Counted from the stretch's first letter, positions 21,840 through 32,771 are shown. The stretch: DNA of 64,000 bases from Desulfatiglandales bacterium (GCA_963666345.1 OY762721.1:3840001-3904000), one strand, 5' to 3'. The notes: generated from the letters alone by a model not told the origin. Program-made: numbers and translations.

Positions 21840-22796
21840 CTACAGCCCCTTCTCCGCCAATGATTCTATCAGCGATTTCTGTTGACTGTTGAGGGCCTTG
21901 GGCACGGACACGATTATCTCCACATACGCGTCGCCCTTTTGCGAACCATTCATTCGGGGAAGTCCATAACCCTTGAGACGAAGTTTCGAGTTGTTCTGGG
22001 TGCCGGGCGGGACCTTCAGCTTCAGATAGCCCTTGTATATGGTCGGAACCTCGATGTTTGTTCCCAGGACTGCTTCCGAATAGCTGATATGCTGCTTCAG
22101 ATGCAGGTCGTCCCCGTCTCTCCTGAACAGGGGATGATCGAGCAGTTTTATCTTTACGTAAAGGTCTCCGGCCGGCCCTCCGAATTTGCCCTGTGCTCCT
22201 TTTCCCGGCAGCCTCAGCTTTTTGCCTTCCTGTATGCCTGTCGGGATCTTTACCGACACGCTTTCCTGACGGCCTTCAATCTGATAGGAGATGGTCTTCT
22301 TGGTCGGCTCTGAAATTTCCTCGAGGGTCAGCGCGAGTTCGTAAATGAGGTCTTGCCCTTTTACCGCCTGATTGAATCCTCCGTGCGGTCCATAGGATGA
22401 AGAGAAGGGTGAACCCCCGGTTCTGTAAACCCTCCTGCCCCCACGGCCACCCATGTTGCCGAAAAGTTGACTGAATATGTCTCCTGAACCTGAACCACCG
22501 CCGAACCCGAATTCCCTGAAAATACTGGAAAAATCCGCTTCCCTGAATATATCATCCTGGGAAAAGCGGTTCTGAAAGCCTTCGGCCCCGAACATGTCAT
22601 ACTGTTTTTTCTTCTCCGGGTTGCTCAGTACGGCATATGCCTCGCTTATCTCCTTGAACTTGGACTCAGCCTCTTTGTTGTCCCTGTTCCTGTCAGGATG
22701 ATACTTCAGGGCCAGTTTTCGGTATGCCTTTTTGATTTCCTCTGAAGAAGCAGACTCGGAAACCCCGAGAATTTTATAATAATCTTTACCAGCCAT
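21840..22796 (-). CDS. DnaJ class B / CbpA-like J-domain protein
   Basis: KDYY..LGV, HPD motif, G/F-rich region and C-terminal domain; no zinc finger. Confidence 0.9.
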   Translation of the reverse strand: MAGKDYYKILGVSESASSEEIKKAYRKLALKYHPDRNRDNKEAESKFKEISEAYAVLSNPEKKKQYDMFGAEGFQNRFSQDDIFREADFSSIFREFGFGGGSGSGDIFSQLFGNMGGRGGRRVYRTGGSPFSSSYGPHGGFNQAVKGQDLIYELALTLEEISEPTKKTISYQIEGRQESVSVKIPTGIQEGKKLRLPGKGAQGKFGGPAGDLYVKIKLLDHPLFRRDGDDLHLKQHISYSEAVLGTNIEVPTIYKGYLKLKVPPGTQNNSKLRLKGYGLPRMNGSQKGDAYVEIIVSVPKALNSQQKSLIESLAEKGL

Positions 22797-23030
22797 TAGG
22801 TTCTTTGTTCTTAAATCCCGCAAACGGGATATCTTTTCCCGCCTTAGGGCGAATGAATTAGTTTGATATAATCATCCCGATAAGGAATGACAGGCAGTTT
22901 AACTGTTTTGACTAAAAACAAAAAAAATATTCCTACGAAAGAATAATCACAGGATCGCATAAGTCAAGACGGAATAGATCCTTACGGCAAGCTTTCCTTT
23001 TGACGGTACAGGCGTTGGCTGAAAAACCGA

Positions 23031-23150
23031 TTAGCCAACAAGCGTTTGCCGGCGGTAGATGATGGGCCTGATGTGCTTGAAACCCTTGAAGAGCAGCTGG
23101 ATGTCTTTGAGGGTCTTGTCCTGGATAAGGCAACAGATTATTTTGAAGAA
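23031..23150 (+). pseudogene. Remnant of a response-regulator receiver domain
   Basis: Translates LANKRLPAVDDGPDVLETLEEQL...DKATD, resembling the receiver beta1-alpha1 segment; no complete domain. Confidence 0.4.
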
Positions 23151-23190
23151 ATAGACCCTTTCATAATAAATGAAGGCGAGCCCTGTTTCT

Positions 23191-23790
23191 TTATGATCCC
23201 GGGGTCAATTTGTAGGCGAAATTGGCCTTTATGTTGAGTCTCGATACGGTGACCGAACCCGGAAACGGGGGGAAAGGGGCCGCCTTTTTTATGGAATTCA
23301 AGGCATTTTCATCCAGCATGCCGTGAGAGGATGAATCAAGGACCTTGATGCCTATAAGTTTCCCCTGCCTGCTGAGGCTGAATAATATGAGGACCTGACC
23401 CTCTATCAGGTTTTCCCACGCCCTTTTAGGGTATTTCCAATTTTCCATGAGCCGTTGTTTTATTACAGCTGCGTAGGAGCTGTATCTCTTGTCCGTCGTG
23501 TCAAGACAGATGGTTTCCGCGCCTTTTTCGACCGTTTTTCCCGTGGCAGGCTTTACACTTATGCGACTACCACCCCAATCCTCAAGTTCGGAAAGTTTGT
23601 CTACCGGGGGTCTGATGAATTCGACATGGTATGTTCTGAGCGGTTTTATCGTCCAATTGAGAGGAAATGCCTTCTGGATGACCAGAAGCAGGGCCGCGTG
23701 AAACAGGAGGGAGACGGTAATGCTGGCCCATCTTACCTTTTTTCGGTCTTTAAGCGGGACCTGCTTAATGCTGTTGGTTTTTGGGGCCAT
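23191..23790 (-). CDS. TonB-family energy transducer (TonB_C)
   Basis: TM segment with SLLFH; C-terminal YP..A....IEG.V...F...G...SS....LD..AL..IK.AAPFPP. Confidence 0.8.
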   Translation of the reverse strand: MAPKTNSIKQVPLKDRKKVRWASITVSLLFHAALLLVIQKAFPLNWTIKPLRTYHVEFIRPPVDKLSELEDWGGSRISVKPATGKTVEKGAETICLDTTDKRYSSYAAVIKQRLMENWKYPKRAWENLIEGQVLILFSLSRQGKLIGIKVLDSSSHGMLDENALNSIKKAAPFPPFPGSVTVSRLNIKANFAYKLTPGS

Positions 23791-24352
23791 TGACCCACCA
23801 GTCCGTCTTTTTTTTGAACCACCAGTCCGTACTGTGCCCGGCCAGAATTTCTTGCGCCAGATCTTTTGCCGCTTTTGTGGCAAGTCTCTGAACCGCAAAG
23901 GAGAGCCATTCGCTCGCGTTGGGGTTTCCGCTGTCAAGCTGCTCTTTTAATTCCAGGATCAGGTCCAGTTGGTCGGCATCCTTTGCGATCTGCGCCTCCA
24001 GGCTGTCGCAGCTGTTGAATTCCTCTACCAGCTTTTTTATGTCCTCACCAAAGGCCAGTCCTTTTACCTGATCCTCGACGGCCTTTTTTTCGTCCACCCT
24101 GGTATAGCGTTTGTTTACATAGTTGTGATCAGCGGTTCTTGCCTCCGGCAGGTCGTGGAACAGGCACATAAGAACGACCCTGTTGCTGTCCGCCTCCGGA
24201 TTCATGGAGCAGAGCACATAGCCTATAACCGTTGTCCTGAAGGAGTGATCAGCCACGGATTCACCCCCGGAACCCAGGAACTGATAGCCTGTACGGGGAG
24301 TTTTTTTCAGCATCCCGGCTTCAAATAAGAATTCCGCTAGTCTTTTCAGCAT
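23765..24352 (-). CDS. HD-domain hydrolase (YfbR/HDDC2-like)
   Basis: LK..PRTG, ESVADHS, LFHDLPEAR, DADQLD. Confidence 0.85.
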   Translation of the reverse strand: MLKRLAEFLFEAGMLKKTPRTGYQFLGSGGESVADHSFRTTVIGYVLCSMNPEADSNRVVLMCLFHDLPEARTADHNYVNKRYTRVDEKKAVEDQVKGLAFGEDIKKLVEEFNSCDSLEAQIAKDADQLDLILELKEQLDSGNPNASEWLSFAVQRLATKAAKDLAQEILAGHSTDWWFKKKTDWWVNGPKNQQH

Positions 24353-24736
24353 AATGTCCCTTGAATATGGATATGAAGGGTAAAAGTCAAGCCTCTAGTT
24401 GGTTTCCATTCGAAAATGGCCTTTTTGCCCGATATCTGAGTCGATTTGCATAGCCGTTTGTACGATGCACGATATGTACTTGTCCGTGCAATTGATTGAG
24501 TTTCTTGATTTGATATCCCGGACCGGCACCGGTAGGTTCGATCCGGCAGGGTTAAGGCAAGATCCGGACTAACGCCCGGTTGTGTCATTTAGATGGTGGA
24601 TTTTGGTTCCCTGTTTCCTTGATTTATTTTTTTCCAGTGTTTAGTATTAATTGCCTGAGGTAAAATATGAAATGGCATAGGTTTCCTCAATAAAGGAGAC
24701 CTGATACATTCCCAAACAGGACGGTGACGGTTGTCT

Positions 24737-25243
24737 ATGAAAATATACACATACCCTGATCCGGTCTTAAAGACAGAGGCAAGGCCGGTTGCGAATATAG
24801 ACGGAGATACTCAGAAGCTTATAGATGAAATGATCAAGACCATGTATGAGGCCCCTGGAATCGGACTCGCTGCAAACCAGGTGGGGGAACTGAAGAGAGT
24901 AATCGTCTTTGATCTTAAGCCAAGGGAGGATGGAAGGAATCCCTGCGAACTTATAAATCCCGAGGTGGTCGAGGGTGAGGGTTCCATTACCCATGAAGAG
25001 GCGTGCCTCAGCGTGGTTGATTATGCCGCCGATGTTACCCGTAACTTCCGCGTACAGGTCAAGGGGCTCGACAGACTGGGTAATCCGGTCAGCCTGGAGG
25101 CCGAGGGGCTTCTTGCGGTGTGTCTGCAGCACGAGATAGATCACCTGAACGGGATGCTCTTTATTGACAGGATAAGCGCTCTGAAACGCTCCCTTTACAA
25201 GAAACGGCTCAAAAAGATACTCAAGGCCGGAGATGAGGAGTAG
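24737..25243 (+). CDS. def: Peptide deformylase
   Basis: GIGLAANQVG, EACLS, QHEIDHLNG. Confidence 0.96.
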   Translation: MKIYTYPDPVLKTEARPVANIDGDTQKLIDEMIKTMYEAPGIGLAANQVGELKRVIVFDLKPREDGRNPCELINPEVVEGEGSITHEEACLSVVDYAADVTRNFRVQVKGLDRLGNPVSLEAEGLLAVCLQHEIDHLNGMLFIDRISALKRSLYKKRLKKILKAGDEE

Positions 25244-25249
25244 ACGCAA

Positions 25250-26209
25250 ATGAGACGAAATCTCCCCGCACGGCCCGAAATAGTGTTCATGGGCACCCCT
25301 GATTTTGCCGTATCCTCATTAAACGCGCTTTTGCGGGATGCTCACAATGTCTCTTGCGTTGTAACCCAGCCGGACCGCCCCAAGGGAAGAGGAAGAAAGA
25401 TGCTTCCCAGCCCGGTAAAGTGTTGCGCCTTGGAAGCGGATATGGATGTGCTCCAGCCCTCAAGGGCCTCGGACGGCCGATTCTGTGACCTTATCCGTGA
25501 AAAGAGCCCTGACATAATAATCGTGGTTGCCTTCGGCCAGATCCTTAAAAAGGAGCTGCTTGAAATTCCGAAATGGGGTGTGTTGAATATACATGCCTCG
25601 CTTCTGCCTTTTTACAGGGGGGCTGCCCCGATCCAGTGGGCGGTAATAAATAATGAGAAAAAGACGGGCCTGAGCGCCATGAAAATGGATGAGGGAATGG
25701 ACACGGGCCCTGTCCTGCAGCAACAGGAGGTTCCGATCGGAAAGGATGATACAGCCGGGGATCTTCATGACAGGTTGGCCGCACTTTCAGGTGATTTTCT
25801 CTTAAGGACACTTGAAGGTATTTCAACGGGAGTCCTGAATGAGTCTGCCCAGGACGATGAAAAGGCGACATATGCCCCCAAAATCGATCGTTCAGTATCA
25901 CGCATTGACTGGGAAAGACCGGCGGAAGAGATTTCAGCCCTTATAAGGGGGCTCGATCCATGGCCCGGGGCCTACACCATGGTCGCGGGTAAACAGTTGA
26001 AGCTTTTTTCCCCCGAACTCCCGGAGCATCAGACAGGGTGCCTGTGTCCCGGAACAGTTACTGGTGCGCCTGACGGCTGCCTTGAAATAGGAGCCGGATC
26101 AGGAAACGTAAGGGTCAGGGAACTCCAGGTTTCAGGCAAAAAGAGGCTGCCTGCAGGAGATTTCATGAGGGGTTTTCCGATCAAGGTCGGGACAAGATTT
26201 GAGACATAA
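25250..26209 (+). CDS. fmt: Methionyl-tRNA formyltransferase
   Basis: FMGTPDFA, TQPDRP, NIHASLLP.YRGAAPIQ, MDTGP. Confidence 0.96.
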   Translation: MRRNLPARPEIVFMGTPDFAVSSLNALLRDAHNVSCVVTQPDRPKGRGRKMLPSPVKCCALEADMDVLQPSRASDGRFCDLIREKSPDIIIVVAFGQILKKELLEIPKWGVLNIHASLLPFYRGAAPIQWAVINNEKKTGLSAMKMDEGMDTGPVLQQQEVPIGKDDTAGDLHDRLAALSGDFLLRTLEGISTGVLNESAQDDEKATYAPKIDRSVSRIDWERPAEEISALIRGLDPWPGAYTMVAGKQLKLFSPELPEHQTGCLCPGTVTGAPDGCLEIGAGSGNVRVRELQVSGKKRLPAGDFMRGFPIKVGTRFET

Positions 26210-26357
26210 GGCTGCCAATGGATCTGTCTCATTATGGAAGATTCGGCTCTGAAAACCATAACTTTTCCCCTTTCAGAGGTAAACCGGTACCTGGTCGATC
26301 CGGGCCGGGATTTTTCGACAAACGGCTGGGAAGCAGAGGAAGGCCCATCGGGCAGCA

Positions 26358-27218
26358 ATGACAGGTATATCAAGACAAGCCGAAAAGATACAAAATGATC
26401 CGACCGCAGGAGCCGCTGACGGAGATGGGCTATTTAAAGAGGCTCAGCTTATAGATCGCCCTCGGAAAAGGATTTTTATCGTCCTGCTGCTGCTTACCTG
26501 CGTGGGCATGGTGGCCCTTGCCTTTGCCCTGTGGTGGGTACCCTACGTGGGCCTTGGAAACATACATCCGAGCCTTCCCCTGCTGCTTGCTCTGGCATTC
26601 GGCGGCATTGTCCTTTTCGGCCTGGGAGGGGCGCTCACCCTTTTGTTCACCATAATCAGGGGACGGAACCTCTTTTTCAACCGTCGCATAAGGGGTGTGG
26701 TGATCCGGTTCCTTTTCCCTCTCCTTGTAGGGCTGGGCAGGTGTTTGGGGATCAGCAAAAAGGAGATCAGAAGGTCCTTTATAGCGATAAACAACCAGTT
26801 GGTCCTGGCCGAGGCCTCGGAGGTCGAATCAGACAGGCTTCTCCTGCTTATCCCCCACTGTCTTCAGAATCATGAATGCCCCGTAAGGATCATCATGAAT
26901 GTGGAAAACTGCAAGGGCTGCGGGAAATGTAAGATAAAGGATCTTGTGGCCCTTTCAAGGCGTTACGGAATCTCAATCGCGGTGGCGACCGGAGGCACCC
27001 TGGCAAGAAAGATTGTGGTCGAGAAGAGACCCGAACTAATAATAGCGGTTGCCTGTGAAAGGGACCTCACAAGCGGTATCCAGGATACCTACCCCATACC
27101 TGTTTACGGGATACTCAACAACAGGCCTTTCGGCCCCTGTTTCGACACCGATGTAAACATGCATATGGTGGAGCAGGGGATTGTCACTTTTCTTCGCAAC
27201 AAGGCGTCCGATGCCTAG
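26358..27218 (+). CDS. DUF116 family membrane/metal-binding protein
   Basis: PHCLQ...C, CKGCGKC, ATGGT, AVACERDL, GPC; located between fmt and rsmB. Confidence 0.8.
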   Translation: MTGISRQAEKIQNDPTAGAADGDGLFKEAQLIDRPRKRIFIVLLLLTCVGMVALAFALWWVPYVGLGNIHPSLPLLLALAFGGIVLFGLGGALTLLFTIIRGRNLFFNRRIRGVVIRFLFPLLVGLGRCLGISKKEIRRSFIAINNQLVLAEASEVESDRLLLLIPHCLQNHECPVRIIMNVENCKGCGKCKIKDLVALSRRYGISIAVATGGTLARKIVVEKRPELIIAVACERDLTSGIQDTYPIPVYGILNNRPFGPCFDTDVNMHMVEQGIVTFLRNKASDA

Positions 27219-28557
27219 AACACTGGCACTTAAGGTCCTTGACAGGCTCGACAAGGACCCGGGATCTCCTTCCGAATATCTTGAGCAGGCGATCGGACGG
27301 GGGCGTGTACCGACTCCCAGGGACAGGGCCTTCGCTTTCAACCTGATCCAGGGTGTACAGCGCTGGAAGCTCAGGCTCGACTGGATTATAAGCGGATCAG
27401 TACGCTTTCCTTTTAAACAAATTGATCCCTCCATACTCAATGTCCTTCGTATTGCTCTCTATCAGATACTTTTCATGGACAGAGTCCCGGATTCCGCTGC
27501 GGTGAACGAGGCGGTTAAGGAGGCACGCAAGACCGGAAGGCGTCATGTCGCCTCTTTTGTAAACGGCATCTTAAGGCAGATCTGCCGACAGGGGGCGGAG
27601 GTTGACTTGCCCGACAGGGACAGGGACAAAGAGCGGTTCCTTTCCGTATCGCAATCATATCCTGAGTGGATAGTGAGGAAGTGGATAAATGAGTTAGGGC
27701 CTGATGAGGCGGAAAGGCTCCTTGAGGCCGGAAACCTCATGCCTTCTCTGGTAATAAGGACAAACCGGCTCAAGACAGACAGGCAGGGGTTGATAAAGGC
27801 ACTTAAAGATGAGGGGTTGGATGCGGTGCCTACCGGCTATTCGCCCGACGGGCTGGTACTTGAAGGACTGAGGGGGAGTCTCGCCGGCCTTGAATCATTT
27901 GGCAGGGGCCTTTTCCAGGTCCAGGGAGAGGCCTCCCAGCTGTGCGCCTTTCTTGCTTCTCCCGGGCCGGGTATGCGAATCCTCGACCTGTGCGCGGGCC
28001 TTGGCGGAAAGTCCACCCACCTTGCCCAGGTTATAAATAACAGGGGAATGATTGTTGCCCTTGACATAAACCGCCACAGGCTGCTAAGGCTTTGTGATAC
28101 CTCAGACCGGCTGGGGATTTCCTGCATCCGCCCGGTGCTGGCTGATGCTTCATCAGGATCATATTCCCCTTTCAGAACCCCTTTTGACCTTATAGTGGTG
28201 GATGCTCCGTGCTCCGGACTGGGTAATGTTTCAAGACATCCGGACCTCAAATGGAGAAAGGATGCCGAGGGTATCAGGAGGCTTGCCCGGCTTCAGACAG
28301 ACATACTGAATAATGCCGAATCTCTCCTCAAAAGCGGGGGCAGGATGGTCTATATGACATGCACCATTTCAAGGGAAGAAAACGAGGATTTGATTCACGG
28401 TTTCCTTGACAGGCATAAGACGATGAGACTTCTGGATCTCAATGATCACTGCACAGGCAGGGTGCAGGGCCTTATCGATGACAGGGGGTTTTTCAGGGCA
28501 CTGCCCCATGTCCACGGTATGGAAGGTTTTTTCGGTGCCCTTTTGATGAAAAACTGA
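27211..28557 (+). CDS. rsmB: 16S rRNA m5C967 methyltransferase RsmB/Sun
   Basis: NusB-like N-terminus, DLCAGLGGK, DAPCSG, TCT. Confidence 0.92.
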   Translation: MPRTLALKVLDRLDKDPGSPSEYLEQAIGRGRVPTPRDRAFAFNLIQGVQRWKLRLDWIISGSVRFPFKQIDPSILNVLRIALYQILFMDRVPDSAAVNEAVKEARKTGRRHVASFVNGILRQICRQGAEVDLPDRDRDKERFLSVSQSYPEWIVRKWINELGPDEAERLLEAGNLMPSLVIRTNRLKTDRQGLIKALKDEGLDAVPTGYSPDGLVLEGLRGSLAGLESFGRGLFQVQGEASQLCAFLASPGPGMRILDLCAGLGGKSTHLAQVINNRGMIVALDINRHRLLRLCDTSDRLGISCIRPVLADASSGSYSPFRTPFDLIVVDAPCSGLGNVSRHPDLKWRKDAEGIRRLARLQTDILNNAESLLKSGGRMVYMTCTISREENEDLIHGFLDRHKTMRLLDLNDHCTGRVQGLIDDRGFFRALPHVHGMEGFFGALLMKN

Positions 28558-28656
28558 CACTTTCAAGCCGGACCGGCCTTAAGGTTTCATACAGAAGGGT
28601 GTTTACGGGCATTTGGAGCGTTTACAGACTGCCGGACAATTACAGGGGGAACATGC

Positions 28657-29325
28657 ATGTACAAGATATCGCCTTCAATCCTTTCCGCGGATTTCACCCG
28701 CCTCGGAGATGAGATAAAAGCCGTTGAAAATGCAGGAGCGGACTACATCCATGTCGACGTAATGGACGGACATTTTGTCCCCAATATAACCATAGGGCCT
28801 TTGATGGTAAAGGCCGTGCGCAGGATTACGAATCTTCCCATCGACGTTCATCTGATGATCTCAAATCCTGATCTCTATCTGGATGATTTTGCCGGTGCGG
28901 GTGCCGATTACTTGACCGTGCACGCGGAGGCGCCTCTGCATCTGCACAGGACCATTCAGCACATGCAAAAATTGGGGGTGCATCCCGGTGTGACCCTCAA
29001 CCCGGCCACTCCCCTCAATGTCCTGGAATATATCCTTGACGAGCTTGACATGGTGCTTCTGATGACCGTCAATCCGGGTTTTGAAAGCCAGGCATTCATT
29101 CCCGCGATGCTTCCAAAGATAGAGACGCTGAGGGAAACGATTGTAAAAAGAGGTCTTGATGTAGACATCGAAGTGGACGGGGGAATAAGCACCAAGACTA
29201 TCGGGAGTGTATCGGCCGCGGGCGCGAACGTATTTGTGGCCGGCTCCGCAATCTTCTATAGCGAAGATTACGGGGAAACAATAAAGGCCATGCGAAAGGC
29301 CGTTGTAAAGAAGAACCGGGTATAA
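28657..29325 (+). CDS. rpe: Ribulose-phosphate 3-epimerase
   Basis: SPSILSADF, HVDVMDGHFVPN, MTVNPGF, VDGG. Confidence 0.96.
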   Translation: MYKISPSILSADFTRLGDEIKAVENAGADYIHVDVMDGHFVPNITIGPLMVKAVRRITNLPIDVHLMISNPDLYLDDFAGAGADYLTVHAEAPLHLHRTIQHMQKLGVHPGVTLNPATPLNVLEYILDELDMVLLMTVNPGFESQAFIPAMLPKIETLRETIVKRGLDVDIEVDGGISTKTIGSVSAAGANVFVAGSAIFYSEDYGETIKAMRKAVVKKNRV

Positions 29326-29432
29326 CTAATGCTGGTCTCTTTGAGACTTATGATGTTTGAACTTTAATCCATGTCCCTAGGGGCAAAGCGCGTATCTTCT
29401 GTGCGCTTTTTTTTATAAAAGGAGAAACCTTA

Positions 29433-30428
29433 ATGACAAAAAAAATAATCAATATATTTACCTTGAGCCTCTTGTTCCTTGCGCTCTTTTCAGGCATTCA
29501 TCAGGGGGCTTACGCTGCCGAAGAAGACAAGCTTGGAACCAACGTCGCCCTTGTAAACGGGGTGCCTTTAAGCAGCAGTGATTTTGATACCCATCTTTCC
29601 GCGTATTTGACCCGCATGAAGAGGACGGGCAAGGTGGGAGGCGTTACAAACGAGCAGATCAAAAACAGGGTGCTTGATGAAATGATCAACAGGGAACTGA
29701 TCTACCAGGAAAGCCAGAGGTTGCAGGTTTCCGTGGATGAAAAGGCGATCGATAAGCAGATGGAGCAGGTGGTCGCGAGTTTTGCCGGCAGACAGGAATA
29801 TGAGCAGGCACTGGAAAAAGGCGGAATCTCGGAGCAAGCCCTTCGTGCCCAGATAGGCAAGGGAATGCTTATCGACAAGTATATAGAAAAGGAATTTGTA
29901 GAAAAGGTTGAAATCTCCGATGAGGAAACCAGGACGTATTACGATCAAAATCCGCAATTTTTCAAACAGCCCGAACAGGTAAGGGCAAGACATATCCTCA
30001 TAAAGATGGACAAAGGCGCTGACGCGGCTGAAAAAGAGGAGGCAGGTAAAAAGATCGCGGCAATAAGGGAGAGGTTGGAAAAAGGGGAGGCCTTTGAAGA
30101 TCTCGCAAAGGAAGCCTCCGCCTGCCCAAGCGGGAAAAACGGGGGAGACCTGGGATATTTTGGGAGAGGAAAAATGCTGAAGGCCTTTGAAGATGCCGCC
30201 TTCGCCCTTCAACCGGGTGAGATGAGCGACGTGGTGGAGACCGAATACGGCCTGCACATCATTAAGAGCGTGGATAAAAAGGCCGAAGGCATGGTGCCCT
30301 ATGATGAGGTGAAGGGCAATCTTGTTAAGTTCCTGACAAAGCAGGAGGTCCAGAAGAATGTCTTAGCTCGTGTGGATGAACTTAAAGCCAACGCCCAAAT
30401 TGTTCGTTCGATTGAAAAATCTGAATAA
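29433..30428 (+). CDS. Exported PpiC/SurA-type peptidyl-prolyl isomerase
   Basis: Signal peptide, VRARHIL, FEDLA...S, GGDLG, YGLHII. Confidence 0.9.
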   Translation: MTKKIINIFTLSLLFLALFSGIHQGAYAAEEDKLGTNVALVNGVPLSSSDFDTHLSAYLTRMKRTGKVGGVTNEQIKNRVLDEMINRELIYQESQRLQVSVDEKAIDKQMEQVVASFAGRQEYEQALEKGGISEQALRAQIGKGMLIDKYIEKEFVEKVEISDEETRTYYDQNPQFFKQPEQVRARHILIKMDKGADAAEKEEAGKKIAAIRERLEKGEAFEDLAKEASACPSGKNGGDLGYFGRGKMLKAFEDAAFALQPGEMSDVVETEYGLHIIKSVDKKAEGMVPYDEVKGNLVKFLTKQEVQKNVLARVDELKANAQIVRSIEKSE

Positions 30429-30615
30429 AAAATTGGTTTTTTTGATTTGTTTTTTTGTTCAGTCGTTTTTTTTCTTGACGTATAAGAAAAAATATGTCCT
30501 ATTTCTGGCGAATATCCGATGACTCGGCTTTAATACGGGTCGGTGTTACTTCTTGTGAGTGACGACCTGACGTGGGGGACCAAATAAGGTTAACTTTAAC
30601 AAGGAGGTTGAGGCT

Positions 30616-30816
30616 TTGGAAGAAGGAACTGTAAAATGGTTTAGTGAGAGAAAGGGCTATGGTTTTATTGAGCAGGAAAGCGGTGGCGATGTTTTTGTCC
30701 ACTACTCCTCAATAAACATGTCCGGCTTCAAGACCCTCGCTGAAGGTGAAAAGGTCAGTTTTGAGGTTGAAGAGAGTGATCGTGGTCCTGTGGCAAAGAA
30801 TGTGAGTAAATCCTAG
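30616..30816 (+). CDS. Cold-shock protein
   Basis: GTVKWF, KGYGFI, VFVHYS; AAGGAGG RBS with TTG start. Confidence 0.95.
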   Translation: MEEGTVKWFSERKGYGFIEQESGGDVFVHYSSINMSGFKTLAEGEKVSFEVEESDRGPVAKNVSKS

Positions 30817-30837
30817 AATACACCTGAAGCAACTCTC

Positions 30838-30875
30838 AAAGGCATCCCGTCAACGGCGACTGGGTGCCTTTTTTT
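30838..30875 (+). terminator. Rho-independent terminator after the csp gene
   Basis: aaaggcatcc...gggtgccttt stem followed by a T-run. Confidence 0.75.
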
Positions 30876-30901
30876 GGTTGAATGATTTTGTTCAAAAATC
30901 T

Positions 30902-30930
30902 TTGACTCAAGGGCATTAGAATGTTATAGC
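30902..30930 (+). promoter_or_regulatory. Sigma70-type promoter of the tRNA-Ser pair
   Basis: TTGACT, 17-bp spacer, then TATAGC with an extended TG. Confidence 0.6.
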
Positions 30931-31060
30931 TCATGGGTGTTTATTGCGGGGATGATCGGCAGGTACAGGCTTGCCACACCATGTGCCCGTATTCAGCCCG
31001 CTGAAAGACGTACGGAAAATGTACGTGAGGGCAATGCCTGAAGAATTAGATGAGCATTTC

Positions 31061-31148
31061 GGAGGGATGGCCGAGTGGTTGAAGGCGGCGGTCTTGAAAA
31101 CCGTTGTCCCGAGAGGGACCGTGGGTTCGAATCCTACTCCCTCCGCCA
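31061..31148 (+). tRNA. tRNA-Ser (anticodon TGA)
   Basis: GGAGGGA acceptor, TGGCCGAGTGG D-arm, CT-TGA-AA loop, long variable arm, GGTTCGAATCC, encoded CCA. Confidence 0.97.
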
Positions 31149-31160
31149 TTCCAGGAACAC

Positions 31161-31253
31161 GGAGAGATGGCCGAGTCGGCTGAAGGCGCTCGCCTGCTAA
31201 GCGAGTGTGGGGAGAAATCTCCACCGAGGGTTCGAATCCCTCTCTCTCCGCCA
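31161..31253 (+). tRNA. tRNA-Ser (anticodon GCT)
   Basis: GGAGAGA acceptor, CTCGC-CT-GCT-AA-GCGAG anticodon arm, long variable arm, GGTTCGAATCC, encoded CCA. Confidence 0.97.
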
Positions 31254-31290
31254 TTTCAATAACTTAGCACCCCTTTTGTAACCCACCTTA

Positions 31291-32364
31291 TCATTTACCC
31301 AATGTGTTTAGCGTAGCGGACCGTAGCGCTTTATCTTGAAGCAGTTCTACCGTGCTATGGAAATCACCCGACATTACATGCAAATATGTCTCTGTCGTTG
31401 ATACTTTTTCATGCCCGAGAAGGAACTGAATCTGTTTAATAGGGACGTCGTTTTCTAGTAAAGTTGTTGCAGCATGATGCCTCAGGGCATGGAAGCCAAA
31501 AGGTGGAACTTCAGCCTGCTTACATAAACGCTTCATCATTTGATTTAGTTGATCCAAGGAGAAATCAAAAACGTAGAGAGGGCGACCTTTAACTTTTTTC
31601 TGCCTCCTCTCCAAAATCTTCATGACGTTAGTGGTCATTGGCTTTGGCATGCACTTTAGGCCCCCACCTTTTTTCCGGGTGAAAAGGTCTACCCATCTAG
31701 TCTGGAAATTAATATCCTGCCATTTTAGATATCGTATCTCCCTGCGCCTGCCGAGAAGGTCATATATACATTCGATAAAGTCTTGCTCGTCACCTGTGGC
31801 TTGGAGCTTAACCTTCAGGATGTCCCCCTTGGGAGGAACATATTTCTGGAACTCATCCTCGGGGAATGGCTTGATGCCTTTGCAGGGGTTCCTGTAAAAG
31901 ATTATATCCTCATCGTTTGCCCAGTTGTAGAGTGCCTTAATTTCTTTCTTATCCCTATTGGCGGCACAGTTTCCTGAGATTCGTGCCCGGGCCTTTAGAT
32001 ATCCTTTCACCTCTGTTTTTGTGAGGGTATCAGCCGGATCTGTCTCCTGTGTCCGTTCAGCATCCATCGCAAGAAACTCTAAAAAGGATGTAAAGACAAA
32101 TCTTTTCTGATTAACTGTGTTCTCTGCAAGCCCCTTGATTGTCGCGCATTCTTGTAAATACTGACCTACTAGATCGCCAAGTGTTATCGTTGGGGGATGG
32201 TAGGGAAGGGCCTTTAGTTCCGCTCTTCTTAGAGCCTCTGCCTCCATAGAGCGCTTTTTGGTTGGAAAGCCTTCCTTTTTGTACTGCTTCCCCGCATGGC
32301 GAAACGAGTACGCCCACACATGCCCTGTCTTGGACTTTTTCCTGGGAACTTTGTATGCTGACAT
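31291..32364 (-). CDS. Tyrosine recombinase/phage-type integrase
   Basis: N-terminal arm-binding-like region, R..E (GRRREI), HALRH, LLGH, TTETY. Likely start ATG at 32364. Confidence 0.93.
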   Translation of the reverse strand: MSAYKVPRKKSKTGHVWAYSFRHAGKQYKKEGFPTKKRSMEAEALRRAELKALPYHPPTITLGDLVGQYLQECATIKGLAENTVNQKRFVFTSFLEFLAMDAERTQETDPADTLTKTEVKGYLKARARISGNCAANRDKKEIKALYNWANDEDIIFYRNPCKGIKPFPEDEFQKYVPPKGDILKVKLQATGDEQDFIECIYDLLGRRREIRYLKWQDINFQTRWVDLFTRKKGGGLKCMPKPMTTNVMKILERRQKKVKGRPLYVFDFSLDQLNQMMKRLCKQAEVPPFGFHALRHHAATTLLENDVPIKQIQFLLGHEKVSTTETYLHVMSGDFHSTVELLQDKALRSATLNTLGK

Positions 32365-32554
32365 AATTTTCGCCCCGTCTATTTTTAAGGTAAGTGAGTA
32401 CATCGTCTATAAAAAACCTGGCGCTTCGTGCATTTTTTTTCATGCCCGGTAGGTAGAAATGGGGTAGCTCCCGCCAGTCTCGAAGCTCATGGACGCCTAG
32501 GACTTTGCAGAGCTGAGAATATCTCATGATAGAAAGGTCAATGTTCCAAGTCAT
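32111..32554 (-). CDS. Putative excisionase (Xis/AlpA-like HTH at the N-terminus)
   Basis: [11 protein letters not shown]...LPHFYLPG...[13 protein letters not shown] resembles Xis wHTH; sits just upstream of and overlapping the integrase. Confidence 0.55.
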   Translation of the reverse strand: MTWNIDLSIMRYSQLCKVLGVHELRDWRELPHFYLPGMKKNARSARFFIDDVLTYLKNRRGENYVSIQSSQEKVQDRACVGVLVSPCGEAVQKGRLSNQKALYGGRGSKKSGTKGPSLPSPNDNTWRSSRSVFTRMRDNQGACREHS

Positions 32555-32771
32555 GTTTCTGCATCATTGCCAGTAGTTTTTGTTCTGTTTTCTCTAGAGA
32601 ATTAAAAGTTATCTGTAATATTGCCATGACTTTATAAATCACAGAGTGATGTGATTGTAAAGGGCTTTTTGGATAATTCTTAAAAATTGATGTGAATTAA
32701 ATTTATAGACGTTTTTGGAGGTAACGATTCCAGGCAAAAAATAATCCGCTGTTAGAGGCTGGTAAGAACTC

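Noticed and set aside
24515..24585. tRNA-like ggttcgatcc loop in the intergenic region before def
   Set aside because: No acceptor stem, D-arm or anticodon arm can be built.
30931..31254. ORFs of 107 and 70 aa
   Set aside because: Shadows of the two tRNA-Ser genes.
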